The translations under genes and the position numbers were made by a program. The notes under the pieces were generated by a model. It ran no database searches. It was not told where the DNA came from and was given only the letters and a program-made list of their open reading frames with translations. 64,000 nucleotides of DNA from a virus (taxonomy: Duplodnaviria; Caudoviricetes): IMG/VR virus record IMGVR_UViG_3300025961_000001, positions 3,745 to 67,744 of that record; one strand, given 5' to 3'. This document shows, piece by piece, positions 18,371-28,092 of the stretch (positions within the stretch are counted from its first letter, which is position 1; the number at the start of each line of letters is the position of its first letter).

Positions 18371-20808
18371 TGGCTCAGCCTATTCAAATCGGGGTTCCCA
18401 TGACTTCATGGGACGTGGGGGACATGCTAGCTGGATCGTCTCAAGGCCGGGCGGTGCGAGTGCCTGGAAGTATAAGCCCTGAATTGATGGTCTTTGCCCA
18501 GAAGGGAGACGGTAAAAAGTCCTCCGTTCCATTTTGGACTAGCGTAGGCTCAATCATTCCTGGGTTGGCTGCGATTGCAACGAGCGGCAGTGCTAATGAT
18601 CTCATTGCAGGCACGATCCCGCCGCTTAGGTTCCCGGCATTAACCGGAGACGTTACTACGCCTCGCGGTTCACTGGCTACGACAATTAGTCCGAATGCTG
18701 TGAGTAACGGCAAGTTAGCGAAGATGCCGCCTATGACGATTAAGGGGAATAACAGCATTCTTGATGCTGATCCCAAGGACCTGACTGTAGCCGAAGTTAA
18801 CGCGATGGGCATTGGAGGCGGCGGAGGTGGGTCTGGCACCGTGACGAGCGTTGGGCTTAGCATGCCTACTATATTTAGCGTGGCCGGTTCGCCAGTGACC
18901 GCCGCAGGTACGTTCACCGTAACGCTAGCGAATGAAGCAGCTAATACAGTATGGGCTGGTCCAGCTACGGGTGCGCCAGCAACGCCTACGTTTCGCGCCC
19001 TAGTCATTGCCGACATCCCGAGCCTTGCTACGCTTTACCAGCCAATAGACGCTACGCTTACAGCGCTCTCTGCTTTAGCTGACGCTGTTGGATTCCTGCA
19101 TAATGACGGCGCGGGAAATCTGACTTGGGCGGCGGCAGGCACAGGAACAGTTACAAGCGTATCGGTGGTTAGCGCCAATGGCTTTGCTGGAACTGTAGCA
19201 ACGGCTACCACGACTCCAGCAATCACGCTATCGACCAGTATAACTGGCGTACTCAAAGGAAACGGTACGGCGCTATCGGCGGCAGTTGCGGCTACAGACT
19301 ACGTAGCTCCAGGTGCGATCACTGCCGATGGGATTACGATGTCTACGGCTAGACTACTTGGCCGAACGACAGCAGGAACAGGAGCTATTGAGGAAATAAC
19401 GGTTGGGTCTGGGTTAACTTTAAGCGCAGGAGCTTTGACGGCTACTGGAGGAACCGGAGATTTCGTTGGGCCTGCTAGCGCTACGGATAACGCTGTAGTC
19501 CGTTTTGACGGTACAACAGGAAAGCTCGGGCAGAACTCATTATTTATCGTAGACGACAGCGGAAACGTTTCGGACGGGGGAACGCTACCGGCAAATACGG
19601 CTTTATATTTCGAAAGAACCGGATTTGCTATTGCAACACTTAATTCCACCGGACAGGACGCCCGACTAAGGCTGCAAAGGGCCGACAACACAAAAAGTGC
19701 GTGGCTTGAATTTATCCGCAATGACAACGGAACAGAATGGTTGATGGGTGCGCCGTGGAATGGAACTACTCCATCTGGGACTGAGTTTACAATTGATTAC
19801 TGGGATGGCTCAGTTGAACATCCATTTTTTCTTCTTTCAACTGCTGGCGCGTTAAAGTTTAACGCCTACACCACAGCAGGTCTACTATCTAACGATGCAT
19901 CTGGAAACGTAACAACCGCTACGGTAGGAAGCGGACTTAGCTTGAGTGCTGGCGTTCTAAGCGCTACCGGTGGAGGCGGAACACCAGCTGGTTCTAATAC
20001 TCAGATTCAGTTTAATAATTCAGGAGCGTTCGGAGCTTCAGCCGATCTTACTTGGGGCGGATCCACATCTGGCCTTACCGTTTCTGGGAATCCCCTTGCT
20101 GGGACTAATCCAACTTTCAAGATAACTGATTCTAACGCAAATGAGCCAGTTTGGATGAGGGTTGAACAGAGTAATATTTCAGCTGCTTTTGAACTTGGGG
20201 TCGCAGGTGCTGCCGGTCAATTTCTAACCGATGCTCACGCTGGCGATGGAATATTTAAAGGATTTGGCGCGGGTGGCCCAGGAATGGCAATTGGCGGAGG
20301 ACCAACATCGCCAGCCACTAGCTTATATATCAAGTACGTCTCTGGTTCTAAGGGGCGCGTAATTGTCGGCGGAGTGACGGATGACGGGGCAAACGATCTT
20401 CAGGTTTTAGATAATGCATTTATCAAGAACTCACTGACGATAGGGAACGGATTAGGAGCCGGGCCATTTCTAAAGATTAATAGCAGTACATATACACTTC
20501 TTCAATACGCTAGGGGAGGGGCTTCTAAATTTTCAACCGGAACGGCTAATGCGGCTAATGATTTTATAACAGGAACGGTTCAGGACGACATGGCGTTTAA
20601 GTCAGATGCTTCTAAGAGTATCGTTTTTTCAACTGATAATGGGACAAGTATTCTGATGAAGCTAATTGCTGGTCAGGGAGGGATTTTCTTAGGCGATCAA
20701 TCCGGAACGCCATCAACACCAACTGGAGGCGGGGTTTTGTTTGTAAGTTCTGGAGCACTTAAGTGGATTGGTAGTTCTGGAACAATTACAACTATTGCCG
20801 CAGCATGA
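18370..20808 (+). CDS. Tail fibre protein
   Basis: G/T/A-rich modules GTVTSV, ATDNAVVRFDGTTGK, PAGSNTQIQFNNSGAFG, PSTPTGGGVLFV. Confidence 0.8.
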   Translation: MAQPIQIGVPMTSWDVGDMLAGSSQGRAVRVPGSISPELMVFAQKGDGKKSSVPFWTSVGSIIPGLAAIATSGSANDLIAGTIPPLRFPALTGDVTTPRGSLATTISPNAVSNGKLAKMPPMTIKGNNSILDADPKDLTVAEVNAMGIGGGGGGSGTVTSVGLSMPTIFSVAGSPVTAAGTFTVTLANEAANTVWAGPATGAPATPTFRALVIADIPSLATLYQPIDATLTALSALADAVGFLHNDGAGNLTWAAAGTGTVTSVSVVSANGFAGTVATATTTPAITLSTSITGVLKGNGTALSAAVAATDYVAPGAITADGITMSTARLLGRTTAGTGAIEEITVGSGLTLSAGALTATGGTGDFVGPASATDNAVVRFDGTTGKLGQNSLFIVDDSGNVSDGGTLPANTALYFERTGFAIATLNSTGQDARLRLQRADNTKSAWLEFIRNDNGTEWLMGAPWNGTTPSGTEFTIDYWDGSVEHPFFLLSTAGALKFNAYTTAGLLSNDASGNVTTATVGSGLSLSAGVLSATGGGGTPAGSNTQIQFNNSGAFGASADLTWGGSTSGLTVSGNPLAGTNPTFKITDSNANEPVWMRVEQSNISAAFELGVAGAAGQFLTDAHAGDGIFKGFGAGGPGMAIGGGPTSPATSLYIKYVSGSKGRVIVGGVTDDGANDLQVLDNAFIKNSLTIGNGLGAGPFLKINSSTYTLLQYARGGASKFSTGTANAANDFITGTVQDDMAFKSDASKSIVFSTDNGTSILMKLIAGQGGIFLGDQSGTPSTPTGGGVLFVSSGALKWIGSSGTITTIAAA

Positions 20809-21179
20809 GCACACGAATAAGAGATCAAGCTATATCGGCAGACGTTCAAACTACCGGATCTACGCAAACCACGCTGCTCACTTGGACACCTCCGGATGGC
20901 TGTGTCTTCAGAATCTCGGCCAATGTCTTTGCACTCAAGGCCGACAATTCAACCGCCGCGTCCTGGCAGCTTCAAACGACGATGAAGCGGTTCAGTAACG
21001 TCGTATCTCTTCTTGGATCGGTGGGTGAGTTGCTATCAGGCCAGCGTGACGCAGGAGCCGCACTGTGGCTTGCTAGCATGGATACGTCTGGAGCAACTAT
21101 TCGCATTAGGATCACAGGCGGACTAGCTACGACGATCAATTGGAAGGGCTATATAAACGTAGACATATTTGCTCCATAG
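20805..21179 (+). CDS. Putative structural or fibre-associated protein
   Basis: Beta-rich, coupled to fibre gene. Confidence 0.6.
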   Translation: MSTRIRDQAISADVQTTGSTQTTLLTWTPPDGCVFRISANVFALKADNSTAASWQLQTTMKRFSNVVSLLGSVGELLSGQRDAGAALWLASMDTSGATIRIRITGGLATTINWKGYINVDIFAP

Positions 21180-21269
21180 GTTTTTGCCAATAAAATTAGA
21201 CGTTGCCATTTTTTGGATAAGGCGTTCTAATCTTTTCGTAAAATTGGTAACAAACCTAAAAAATTTCAC

Positions 21270-21488
21270 ATGAAGCGTTTTTCACTTACTGTGGCCGTTT
21301 CGGCTATTTTGTGTGGGTGTTCGGGTTGCGTGAGCGGGAATTGGCAGGGACTAGTTCCCGGAAAGGACGTTCACCTAAAGAACTTCAAGCAAGAGATCAC
21401 AACGCCCTGGGGGCATACATTAATCACAGCAGATTCATTGGATACTTCGGTTGCCGTGAATGGCACCGTTCCGCCGATTTCAAAATAA
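21270..21488 (+). CDS. Small lipoprotein
   Basis: MKRF plus hydrophobic signal plus lipobox-like LCGC/SGC. Confidence 0.65.
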   Translation: MKRFSLTVAVSAILCGCSGCVSGNWQGLVPGKDVHLKNFKQEITTPWGHTLITADSLDTSVAVNGTVPPISK

Positions 21489-21511
21489 AAACACTGGGAG
21501 GATGTTTCATT

Positions 21512-21979
21512 ATGGCTGAAGATCACGAAAGGCTTTCGACACACGCATTGAATGTGAAACTTGATGAGCTGGAGAAGCGCCGTCAAAAAGAGCGGCACGA
21601 AGCGAACAGCAGGATAATGGGAGCAATCCTTAAGCAGGGAGAGGAAAGCATCAAGGCAGCAGACCGTATAGACAAGATGGAGCTCACTATGGGTAACGTG
21701 GCAATGGAGGTGAAAGAATTGCGCGAGTCGATGTCGCCCTTCGTTGAGCTGGCCCGTGACCTCAAGTTTCGTCTTCTTGGAGATCCCTCCATGCAGACTA
21801 CGGGTCTAGTTAAGGATCACGAGCAACTAAAATTGGACATTCAAGCCGAGCTCTCAGAGATCAAGAAAAAGGGGGATCAAACGTTTAAGGAGCAGCGGGC
21901 GGCTATTTGGGGCGCAGCTACCACGTTCATCACGACAATAGGGCTAATCATTGTAGCATGGATTCAGCTTAAGAAATGA
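21512..21979 (+). CDS. Coiled-coil protein with C-terminal TM (holin-like)
   Basis: GGGAGG upstream; heptads; C-terminal AAIWGAATTFITTIGLIIVAW. Confidence 0.65.
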   Translation: MAEDHERLSTHALNVKLDELEKRRQKERHEANSRIMGAILKQGEESIKAADRIDKMELTMGNVAMEVKELRESMSPFVELARDLKFRLLGDPSMQTTGLVKDHEQLKLDIQAELSEIKKKGDQTFKEQRAAIWGAATTFITTIGLIIVAWIQLKK

Positions 21980-22064
21980 GATCTGGGTTGACGGCCAAGC
22001 GCAATCTGTTCGTATCTCGTTAAGATCGGGCTGTACTCTGGAAATCGCCAACCAGGTTTAAGAC

Positions 22065-22340
22065 ATGAGTTTTCCGATTCCAACTAACCAAAGTACGTCC
22101 GCCATTTGCGGCCAGTTCGCGGACCCAACAAATCCGGATCAAGGCCAGACGTTTCCTTTGCCGGTTAAACTTACCTGCGAACGACCAGATGCACCAATAA
22201 TCGAGTGCTCAGACGATCAGTACGTGACGGAATATAACCCAAGCACAGGCGGATTTACTGTAAGTTCTAGGCTTTTTGATGAAGACTGCGGAGTGATTAC
22301 CGATCAAAGCGGCCAACCTATCTTAACTATCATTACCTAA
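22065..22340 (+). CDS. Hypothetical structural protein
   Basis: In tail module. Confidence 0.6.
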   Translation: MSFPIPTNQSTSAICGQFADPTNPDQGQTFPLPVKLTCERPDAPIIECSDDQYVTEYNPSTGGFTVSSRLFDEDCGVITDQSGQPILTIIT

Positions 22341-22341
22341 C

Positions 22342-23151
22342 GTGCCGCAATTCGCCTCATACCCCCAGGTAACGATTATCGCGCCGACCGATACGTTTCT
22401 CATTAGCCAGCCAGTTGGCGGCGTAAAGCAGATTGAATTTCAAGATGTTGAGGCAAGCCTTTCGCTGACAGTTATTCCTGGCGTGGTTCCAATTGCTAAG
22501 GGCGGAACGGGATCAAGCCTGACTAGTCCTGGCCAAGACTCCATTGTTTTTTGGGATAATAGCGCGGCGGCAATCAAATTTCTTTCCGTTGGAGATGGGC
22601 TTCAAATCGTAGGCACAACGCTATCGGCCACGAGTTCGGGTGGGGGAGGCGGCGGCGGTGCCCCAGTTGGGGCAACGTACATCACTCAGCTTCCCAATGC
22701 TGAGCTTACAAATGAATTCGCGCTTTCAGCTTTAGCTACTGGATTGCTTAAGAATACAACCGCAACTGGAGTTTTGTCTATTGCTACTGCTGGAAGCGAT
22801 TACGCCATAGGGTCGGGAGCAGGAACGGATAACGCTATCGTTAGGCTAAATGGGACATCTGGAGGAGTGTTCCAAGACAGCAATGTTACGTTAGCGGATA
22901 ATGGCACTTCATTCGTGTTCTCTGGAGCAAGCGGACTCACAAGCAGTGGTTCAAACCAGAACGTGACACTAACCCCTTCTGGAACCGGCTTTGTTTCGGT
23001 AACTACTGGAGTAAAAACTGGAGCTCCTTCTGGCGCTGCTGGCCTTTGGCGTATGGGTAAAGTAACTGCAGGTGCAGTGACGCTAGACACCACGTCATAT
23101 GTGGAAATCCTTGTAGACGGAGCTGTGATTAAGTTGCTGAAAGCTAGCTAA
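22342..23151 (+). CDS. Short tail-fibre-like protein
   Basis: VPIAKGGTG, GTDNAIVRLNGTSG, LTPSGTG modules shared with 18370 gene. Confidence 0.7.
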   Translation: MPQFASYPQVTIIAPTDTFLISQPVGGVKQIEFQDVEASLSLTVIPGVVPIAKGGTGSSLTSPGQDSIVFWDNSAAAIKFLSVGDGLQIVGTTLSATSSGGGGGGGAPVGATYITQLPNAELTNEFALSALATGLLKNTTATGVLSIATAGSDYAIGSGAGTDNAIVRLNGTSGGVFQDSNVTLADNGTSFVFSGASGLTSSGSNQNVTLTPSGTGFVSVTTGVKTGAPSGAAGLWRMGKVTAGAVTLDTTSYVEILVDGAVIKLLKAS

Positions 23152-23156
23152 TTATT

Positions 23157-23567
23157 ATGCCACAATTTGGATCATATCCCATTAGGACATCAATCGATCC
23201 AGCCGACACAATCCTGTTTTGGCGAGATGCTGATGGCACCGTAAACCAGATCACACTAGCCGACCTAATCACTTCGATTCAAAGTAATACGGATGGCGCA
23301 CAAACGGTAACCTACGTAAATGCCGATACTACGCTTACCCCAGCACTGGGCTATGTCGTGGCAAACACGGGAGCAAATATCACGCTTACTCTTCCTTTAG
23401 CTGCCGCGAGTTCGGGCATAACGTTCGGAGTTCTGAACAAGGGCGTTGGTCACGTAACGGTAGAGCCATCTGGATCAGACACAATCGCTGGACAAGCAAG
23501 CATAACTCTAGGGCAATATGAAAGCGCCCGAATGACTAGTGATGGCAGCTCACTCTTCTCTCAATAA
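23157..23567 (+). CDS. Small fibre-like structural protein
   Basis: ITLTLPLAA...VTVEPSGSDTIAG...YES..SDG module; N-terminus paralogous to 22342. Confidence 0.7.
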   Translation: MPQFGSYPIRTSIDPADTILFWRDADGTVNQITLADLITSIQSNTDGAQTVTYVNADTTLTPALGYVVANTGANITLTLPLAAASSGITFGVLNKGVGHVTVEPSGSDTIAGQASITLGQYESARMTSDGSSLFSQ

Positions 23568-23571
23568 TTTT

Positions 23572-23961
23572 ATGGCTAAGAAAGAATCTCCAATGACTTC
23601 GCTAGAGATGCCGGGATTCGGTGTCGCTATTATGGGTAAAGAGCGCGGCCCCGAATATCCGTGCCTACGCATTCGTTCCAAAGAAGAGATTGAGTTGCCC
23701 GAGGGAGATTTCTTCTTTCTGGCGATTGGCCACGTTAAGCGCAAAGAAGAGGTAGAAGAGGACGACGGAAGCTACATGTATTGCTACGAAGTGGATGTTC
23801 ACGCGATTCAGCCTATTGAAGAAGTCGCTGACGAGAAGGTAATCGAGAAACCGGGCGGTAAACTTGAGGATGACTTTGACGCTGCCGCCGACAAGATGAT
23901 CAATCTCAAAGAAGAGGATAAGGAAGAGCCAGGCGATGATGAGGACGATGAGGAATACTGA
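23572..23961 (+). CDS. Acidic hypothetical protein
   Basis: YPCLRI...YEVDVHAI, acidic tail. Confidence 0.7.
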   Translation: MAKKESPMTSLEMPGFGVAIMGKERGPEYPCLRIRSKEEIELPEGDFFFLAIGHVKRKEEVEEDDGSYMYCYEVDVHAIQPIEEVADEKVIEKPGGKLEDDFDAAADKMINLKEEDKEEPGDDEDDEEY

Positions 23962-23963
23962 CC

Positions 23964-24908
23964 ATGTTCGTAGAAGATATCTATTCCTCAGCTCAAGATG
24001 CCCTTGGTAAATGTGACCAAACGGCTGTGTTCAGCGCGCTCACTTATGCGGTTAAGGTTATCGCCGACCAGAGCCTACTTGACCCCAGCCTAGGGACATT
24101 AGATCTCTGTGTATGCGAAGGTACTGTCACGCTTCCTGAAGATGTTGGCACGGTGCTAGAGGTTAACTCCTCGGGCCAGCCAACGCTTATCCGTAATCAG
24201 TTTTTCCAATACCACCCAGACGGACCAGGATCTCAAGCCTGCACGCCCTGCCAGTACGCTGATGAGCTTGGTTCAGTCGTGACCTATCGAGATCCTTCTG
24301 GGCCGGTTAAGCTGATCGCTGAAGTGGAAAGCGCGGCAGACAACGGAAAGATGTTGCGCGTCTATGGCACGTCTAACGGGAAGCCGATCTACACTGCCGG
24401 AAAAACCGGCGCACTAGAGGAAGGCTTTCTCGTTCCTACGATCTTCGGATATTCGCAGCCCAACCCCCTGGTCGGAACCATCGACAACATTTACCGGATA
24501 AGAAAAGATCTTACCAACGGCTTCGTTAAGCTCATAGCAATCAACTCGGACGGTACGCCCCATACCTCGATTGGTTACTATGGGCCTAACGAAACTGTTC
24601 CTAGTTATCGTAGGCTGAGAGTCGCGGCCCAAAACTGGGTAAGGATCAAGTACAAGAAGCGCGACCTAAAGGTTCGTTCTCTCAAAGATTGGATCAACAT
24701 CGACAATGAAGAGGCGCTATTACTCGCGATCAAGGCAGTAAAGTTTAGGAAGGATAACCAGTTCGAACAAGGCAGAGCAGCAGAAGGCGAAGCGATTCGT
24801 TTGATCAACAATCAGGCTCAGTCGGAGACTCCAGGTGGAATTAAGCCTCCGCAAATTTTGTACAATGACTGGCCCGTTGAATGCGGAAACGATCGTCTCA
24901 TTTATTGA
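23964..24908 (+). CDS. Head-tail adaptor (tail tubular protein A-like)
   Basis: Position before nozzle; TLPEDV..VLEVN; helical C-terminus. Confidence 0.55.
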   Translation: MFVEDIYSSAQDALGKCDQTAVFSALTYAVKVIADQSLLDPSLGTLDLCVCEGTVTLPEDVGTVLEVNSSGQPTLIRNQFFQYHPDGPGSQACTPCQYADELGSVVTYRDPSGPVKLIAEVESAADNGKMLRVYGTSNGKPIYTAGKTGALEEGFLVPTIFGYSQPNPLVGTIDNIYRIRKDLTNGFVKLIAINSDGTPHTSIGYYGPNETVPSYRRLRVAAQNWVRIKYKKRDLKVRSLKDWINIDNEEALLLAIKAVKFRKDNQFEQGRAAEGEAIRLINNQAQSETPGGIKPPQILYNDWPVECGNDRLIY

Positions 24909-24912
24909 GTAA

Positions 24913-26871
24913 ATGTCCGACCAACAATTACTTGTTGATGGTAGCGACTACCTGAGCCTTGGCGCAAATTCTTACGTCTCTCCAACTAAGATTTCGGATA
25001 ACTGTTTTGTTAGCGGAATGAACGTGACGGTTCGCGGCGGAGTTGTCCAAACGCGGCCAGGCACAAAAACTCTGTTCACTTTACCCCGTGGAAATTTTCA
25101 AGGGGTCACTTTCTACAAGCCCGCATCAGGTGTAGGCCATCTAGTTTTTGTGGTTTCTGGAGACGTGTACACCTCGGCGTATCCGTTCGAAACTTACTCG
25201 CTGCTTAAGGGTGTTAAGTTTAGCCTAACGGCAAGGTTCATTGCGTGGGAGACCTGTCTGAAAACAACTAGCTACGATGCGGCTGGTGTCCTCATTTTTG
25301 AGGACAATCCATACTCTGTCTTGCTAATGCAGGATGGGCTTACGCGAGCAGCCTACTGGGACGGCACGGTGGCGCGACACCTTAATCCAACAAAGAGTAC
25401 GCTGCTAGACTCTGATGGAAACCTGGTAACCCAGATCGGCCTAGACGAAACACCGATGGGGCTTTGGATGAAGTGGAGCAATAATCGGCTTTGGGTAAGT
25501 CGCGGCAACCAGATCTTCGCTTCAGACATAGGAAACCCACTGAAGTTTACCGAGACCCAGTATCTGAATGAAGGCCGTGCCTTCTATCTTCCGGATGAAT
25601 GCACGGGGATTGTGGAGATTGAGGACAGTAACGGAATACCTCAGGGAATAGTTTGCTTCACAGAGCGGACGGGCACACTGCTTCTCTCATCAATCCAGGA
25701 TAGAACTCAGTGGCTAGCTACGCAGCACTTCCAGGTTACGATCTTGCCCGAAGTTGGATGTGTGTCGGCGCGGTCTATCGTTAAGCAATATGGGCTAGTC
25801 TGGTGGATGAGCGCCAAGGGAATGATAAGCATGAACAGCGCCACGCAGAGTAACGTGAGCTCTCGAATCGACATCCAGGATAACCAGATGTTTGATTCAA
25901 AGTTTAACCTTTCCTATGATCTAAGTGGAGTATGCGGATGCTTTATCGAAAATTACTTGGTTGAATCCGTACCGAACGGAGACAAGTACAATAGGCATAC
26001 CTGGGTTTTAGACCAAGCTCCGTTTGAGGGAAACCAGAATGCCTGGTGTGGATATTGGGCGGGCTGGAGACCGATTGAGTGGGCACGGGGCATCATCGGA
26101 TCAGAGGAGCGCGTTTTCTTTGGATCAGTTGACTATGATAACAATCTCAGGGTTTGGGAGGCGTTCCTATCGGATAAGACCGACAACGGCGTGGCAATCA
26201 CGTCCTTTGTTCAGACTAAGCAACACCTATTTCAAAATCGCGACTACAAGACTTTCAACTATGCCGAGATCGAGGCTAAAGAGATTGTAGGCGAAACATC
26301 ATTTATGGTTGCTGTGGGCGGAAGTAAGGGTGCCTTTCAGCCATGCATGACCAAGGAGGTTGTGGCGACAAAGGGCCAGGTTTACTCTGGAGTTAAGTAC
26401 GGTGCATCTGGAAATAGATTCGCAGGTAGCAGGAGCCAGATGAGGATTATGAAAACCCAGACTCCCGAGCAGCCATCGCTCTGCAACGAGGACTGCATTG
26501 AATCTGAGTTTAAGGGAATGGTCGATAAGTCGTTTGGATTACTTATCGTTTGGTCTGGGATTGCTGGGCTTTCGGCCTACAGAATGTTTTCCTATGGCTT
26601 TACTACGCCATACCAGGGCACGTGCGAGGACAACGAGGTTCAGCCCAACCTACTTACGCCCGATGGATGCGGATCAAAGAGTTTCTTCGACACGGATAAG
26701 CCCATATCAGAATACACGGCGACTTCTACATTTTCTCAAGTTAGCACGGTTACCGGACAGCAGGTGTCGTACACGGCCACGCGCAAATCATGGACTAGCC
26801 AAGAGGACGCGAACCGTAATGCCGACATCGCGGCACGCAATTACGTTTACCAGGAGATCGGACTCTTTTGA
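24913..26871 (+). CDS. Tail nozzle (tail tubular protein B / P22 gp10-like)
   Basis: N...RGG...TRPG N-terminus, NRLWV...IFASDIGNP, VGCVSARSI propeller motifs. Confidence 0.7.
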   Translation: MSDQQLLVDGSDYLSLGANSYVSPTKISDNCFVSGMNVTVRGGVVQTRPGTKTLFTLPRGNFQGVTFYKPASGVGHLVFVVSGDVYTSAYPFETYSLLKGVKFSLTARFIAWETCLKTTSYDAAGVLIFEDNPYSVLLMQDGLTRAAYWDGTVARHLNPTKSTLLDSDGNLVTQIGLDETPMGLWMKWSNNRLWVSRGNQIFASDIGNPLKFTETQYLNEGRAFYLPDECTGIVEIEDSNGIPQGIVCFTERTGTLLLSSIQDRTQWLATQHFQVTILPEVGCVSARSIVKQYGLVWWMSAKGMISMNSATQSNVSSRIDIQDNQMFDSKFNLSYDLSGVCGCFIENYLVESVPNGDKYNRHTWVLDQAPFEGNQNAWCGYWAGWRPIEWARGIIGSEERVFFGSVDYDNNLRVWEAFLSDKTDNGVAITSFVQTKQHLFQNRDYKTFNYAEIEAKEIVGETSFMVAVGGSKGAFQPCMTKEVVATKGQVYSGVKYGASGNRFAGSRSQMRIMKTQTPEQPSLCNEDCIESEFKGMVDKSFGLLIVWSGIAGLSAYRMFSYGFTTPYQGTCEDNEVQPNLLTPDGCGSKSFFDTDKPISEYTATSTFSQVSTVTGQQVSYTATRKSWTSQEDANRNADIAARNYVYQEIGLF

Positions 26872-27839
26872 AATCGAGTAGCAGCACATCTTTCAAAAAG
26901 CTTTCTCCCTATGCGCCAAGGGTAGTATCGCTTAACTACGTAGCTTTCCCGATAGACAATAACGCATTGATTGGAAGCGTTCCTCCTGACGGAACAGTTT
27001 CAATTCTTTGCAGAAACAGGGCTGGAACCGCTACGCTATGTGGATTTTCTGAATTTACGACGCCAAGCACTCCGCCAAAGAAGTACAAAACAAATACCAA
27101 TTCGGGAAAGATTCTTATTTGTATTCACGGAGAACCGGACTGCACCGTAGCTATCGGAACAACAGATTCCTACGACTACGACAACGCTGAAACATGGCAG
27201 TACGATGTATCTAACTGTACTGTAAACACATCACATTACACTCATTACGTTATAGATGGGCCAGACTTAACTTGCGTCTGGAGTAACACTGGAACCCCGC
27301 ACGTAGAGGTCAATGGAGTCGGTGCGATTGGAGATCCGGAAGAGATTCATCCCGGCTACACTATATTTAGAAGCCCTACGGTATATAATTACGTTCCAAA
27401 TACTTCTTATTGTCAGCAAATATTCCCATATAATTTAAGTTTTTCCGGAGAACAATTTCAAACCCTAAGCAATGAGGACACGGAAGAAGACGCAATCGAA
27501 AGAGTTTTTCCAGATCCCGACTCAGGCTGGTCTGCATTTCAGTCTCCAGAGGGTGAAGGTTGTTGCACTACGTCTAGGCAGCTTAGGGCACCTGATAGTT
27601 TTAGCCTAAGTTTTAGGCAGGTTGAGTTTAAAGTAGATGGTGAGGGATGGGCGTTTAACCCAACCATCAACGTTGTGGTCTATCGCAGGCTTATAGGCAG
27701 TGTTGATTGGGAAAACTGGCAGACACTGACATACACACCTACAGTAGTTGGTGGAGGCTTTTCTTTCATTGATTCGGTTCCTGAGTTGGTCGGTTACGAA
27801 ACCTATGTATCTGCACCAGGAACATGTGCTCCTTTGTGA
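26868..27839 (+). CDS. Cys/Thr-rich putative tail protein
   Basis: 323 aa ORF coupled to nozzle gene. Confidence 0.6.
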   Translation: MKSSSSTSFKKLSPYAPRVVSLNYVAFPIDNNALIGSVPPDGTVSILCRNRAGTATLCGFSEFTTPSTPPKKYKTNTNSGKILICIHGEPDCTVAIGTTDSYDYDNAETWQYDVSNCTVNTSHYTHYVIDGPDLTCVWSNTGTPHVEVNGVGAIGDPEEIHPGYTIFRSPTVYNYVPNTSYCQQIFPYNLSFSGEQFQTLSNEDTEEDAIERVFPDPDSGWSAFQSPEGEGCCTTSRQLRAPDSFSLSFRQVEFKVDGEGWAFNPTINVVVYRRLIGSVDWENWQTLTYTPTVVGGGFSFIDSVPELVGYETYVSAPGTCAPL

Positions 27840-27845
27840 AAAGCC

Positions 27846-28052
27846 ATGCGACTAAAACCCTCAAAAGTTGTGTTTCACACAAGCTCTAAAAATATTGGGC
27901 TAGGTGATGCTGTTGAAGCTATTGCTAAACCCATAGCCCGCACCATAGACGCATTGATCGGATCTAAAATTCAGGAATGCGGAGCCTGTCAAAAGAGAAA
28001 AGACTCTCTTAACAAGGTAATGCCTAATATCTCAAATCCTTTCTCAAAATAA
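27846..28052 (+). CDS. Small CxxC protein
   Basis: GLGDAVEAIAKP...CGACQKRKDSLN. Confidence 0.7.
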   Translation: MRLKPSKVVFHTSSKNIGLGDAVEAIAKPIARTIDALIGSKIQECGACQKRKDSLNKVMPNISNPFSK

Positions 28053-28092
28053 GGTTGAGAAAATAACCTAAGTGCCCCAAACAACATAGTCA

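Noticed and set aside
9435-19727. Long antisense or alternative-frame ORFs (9435-10049, 14829-15398, 18441-19016, 19299-19727)
   Set aside because: Shadows of codon-biased real genes, with no start signals or motifs
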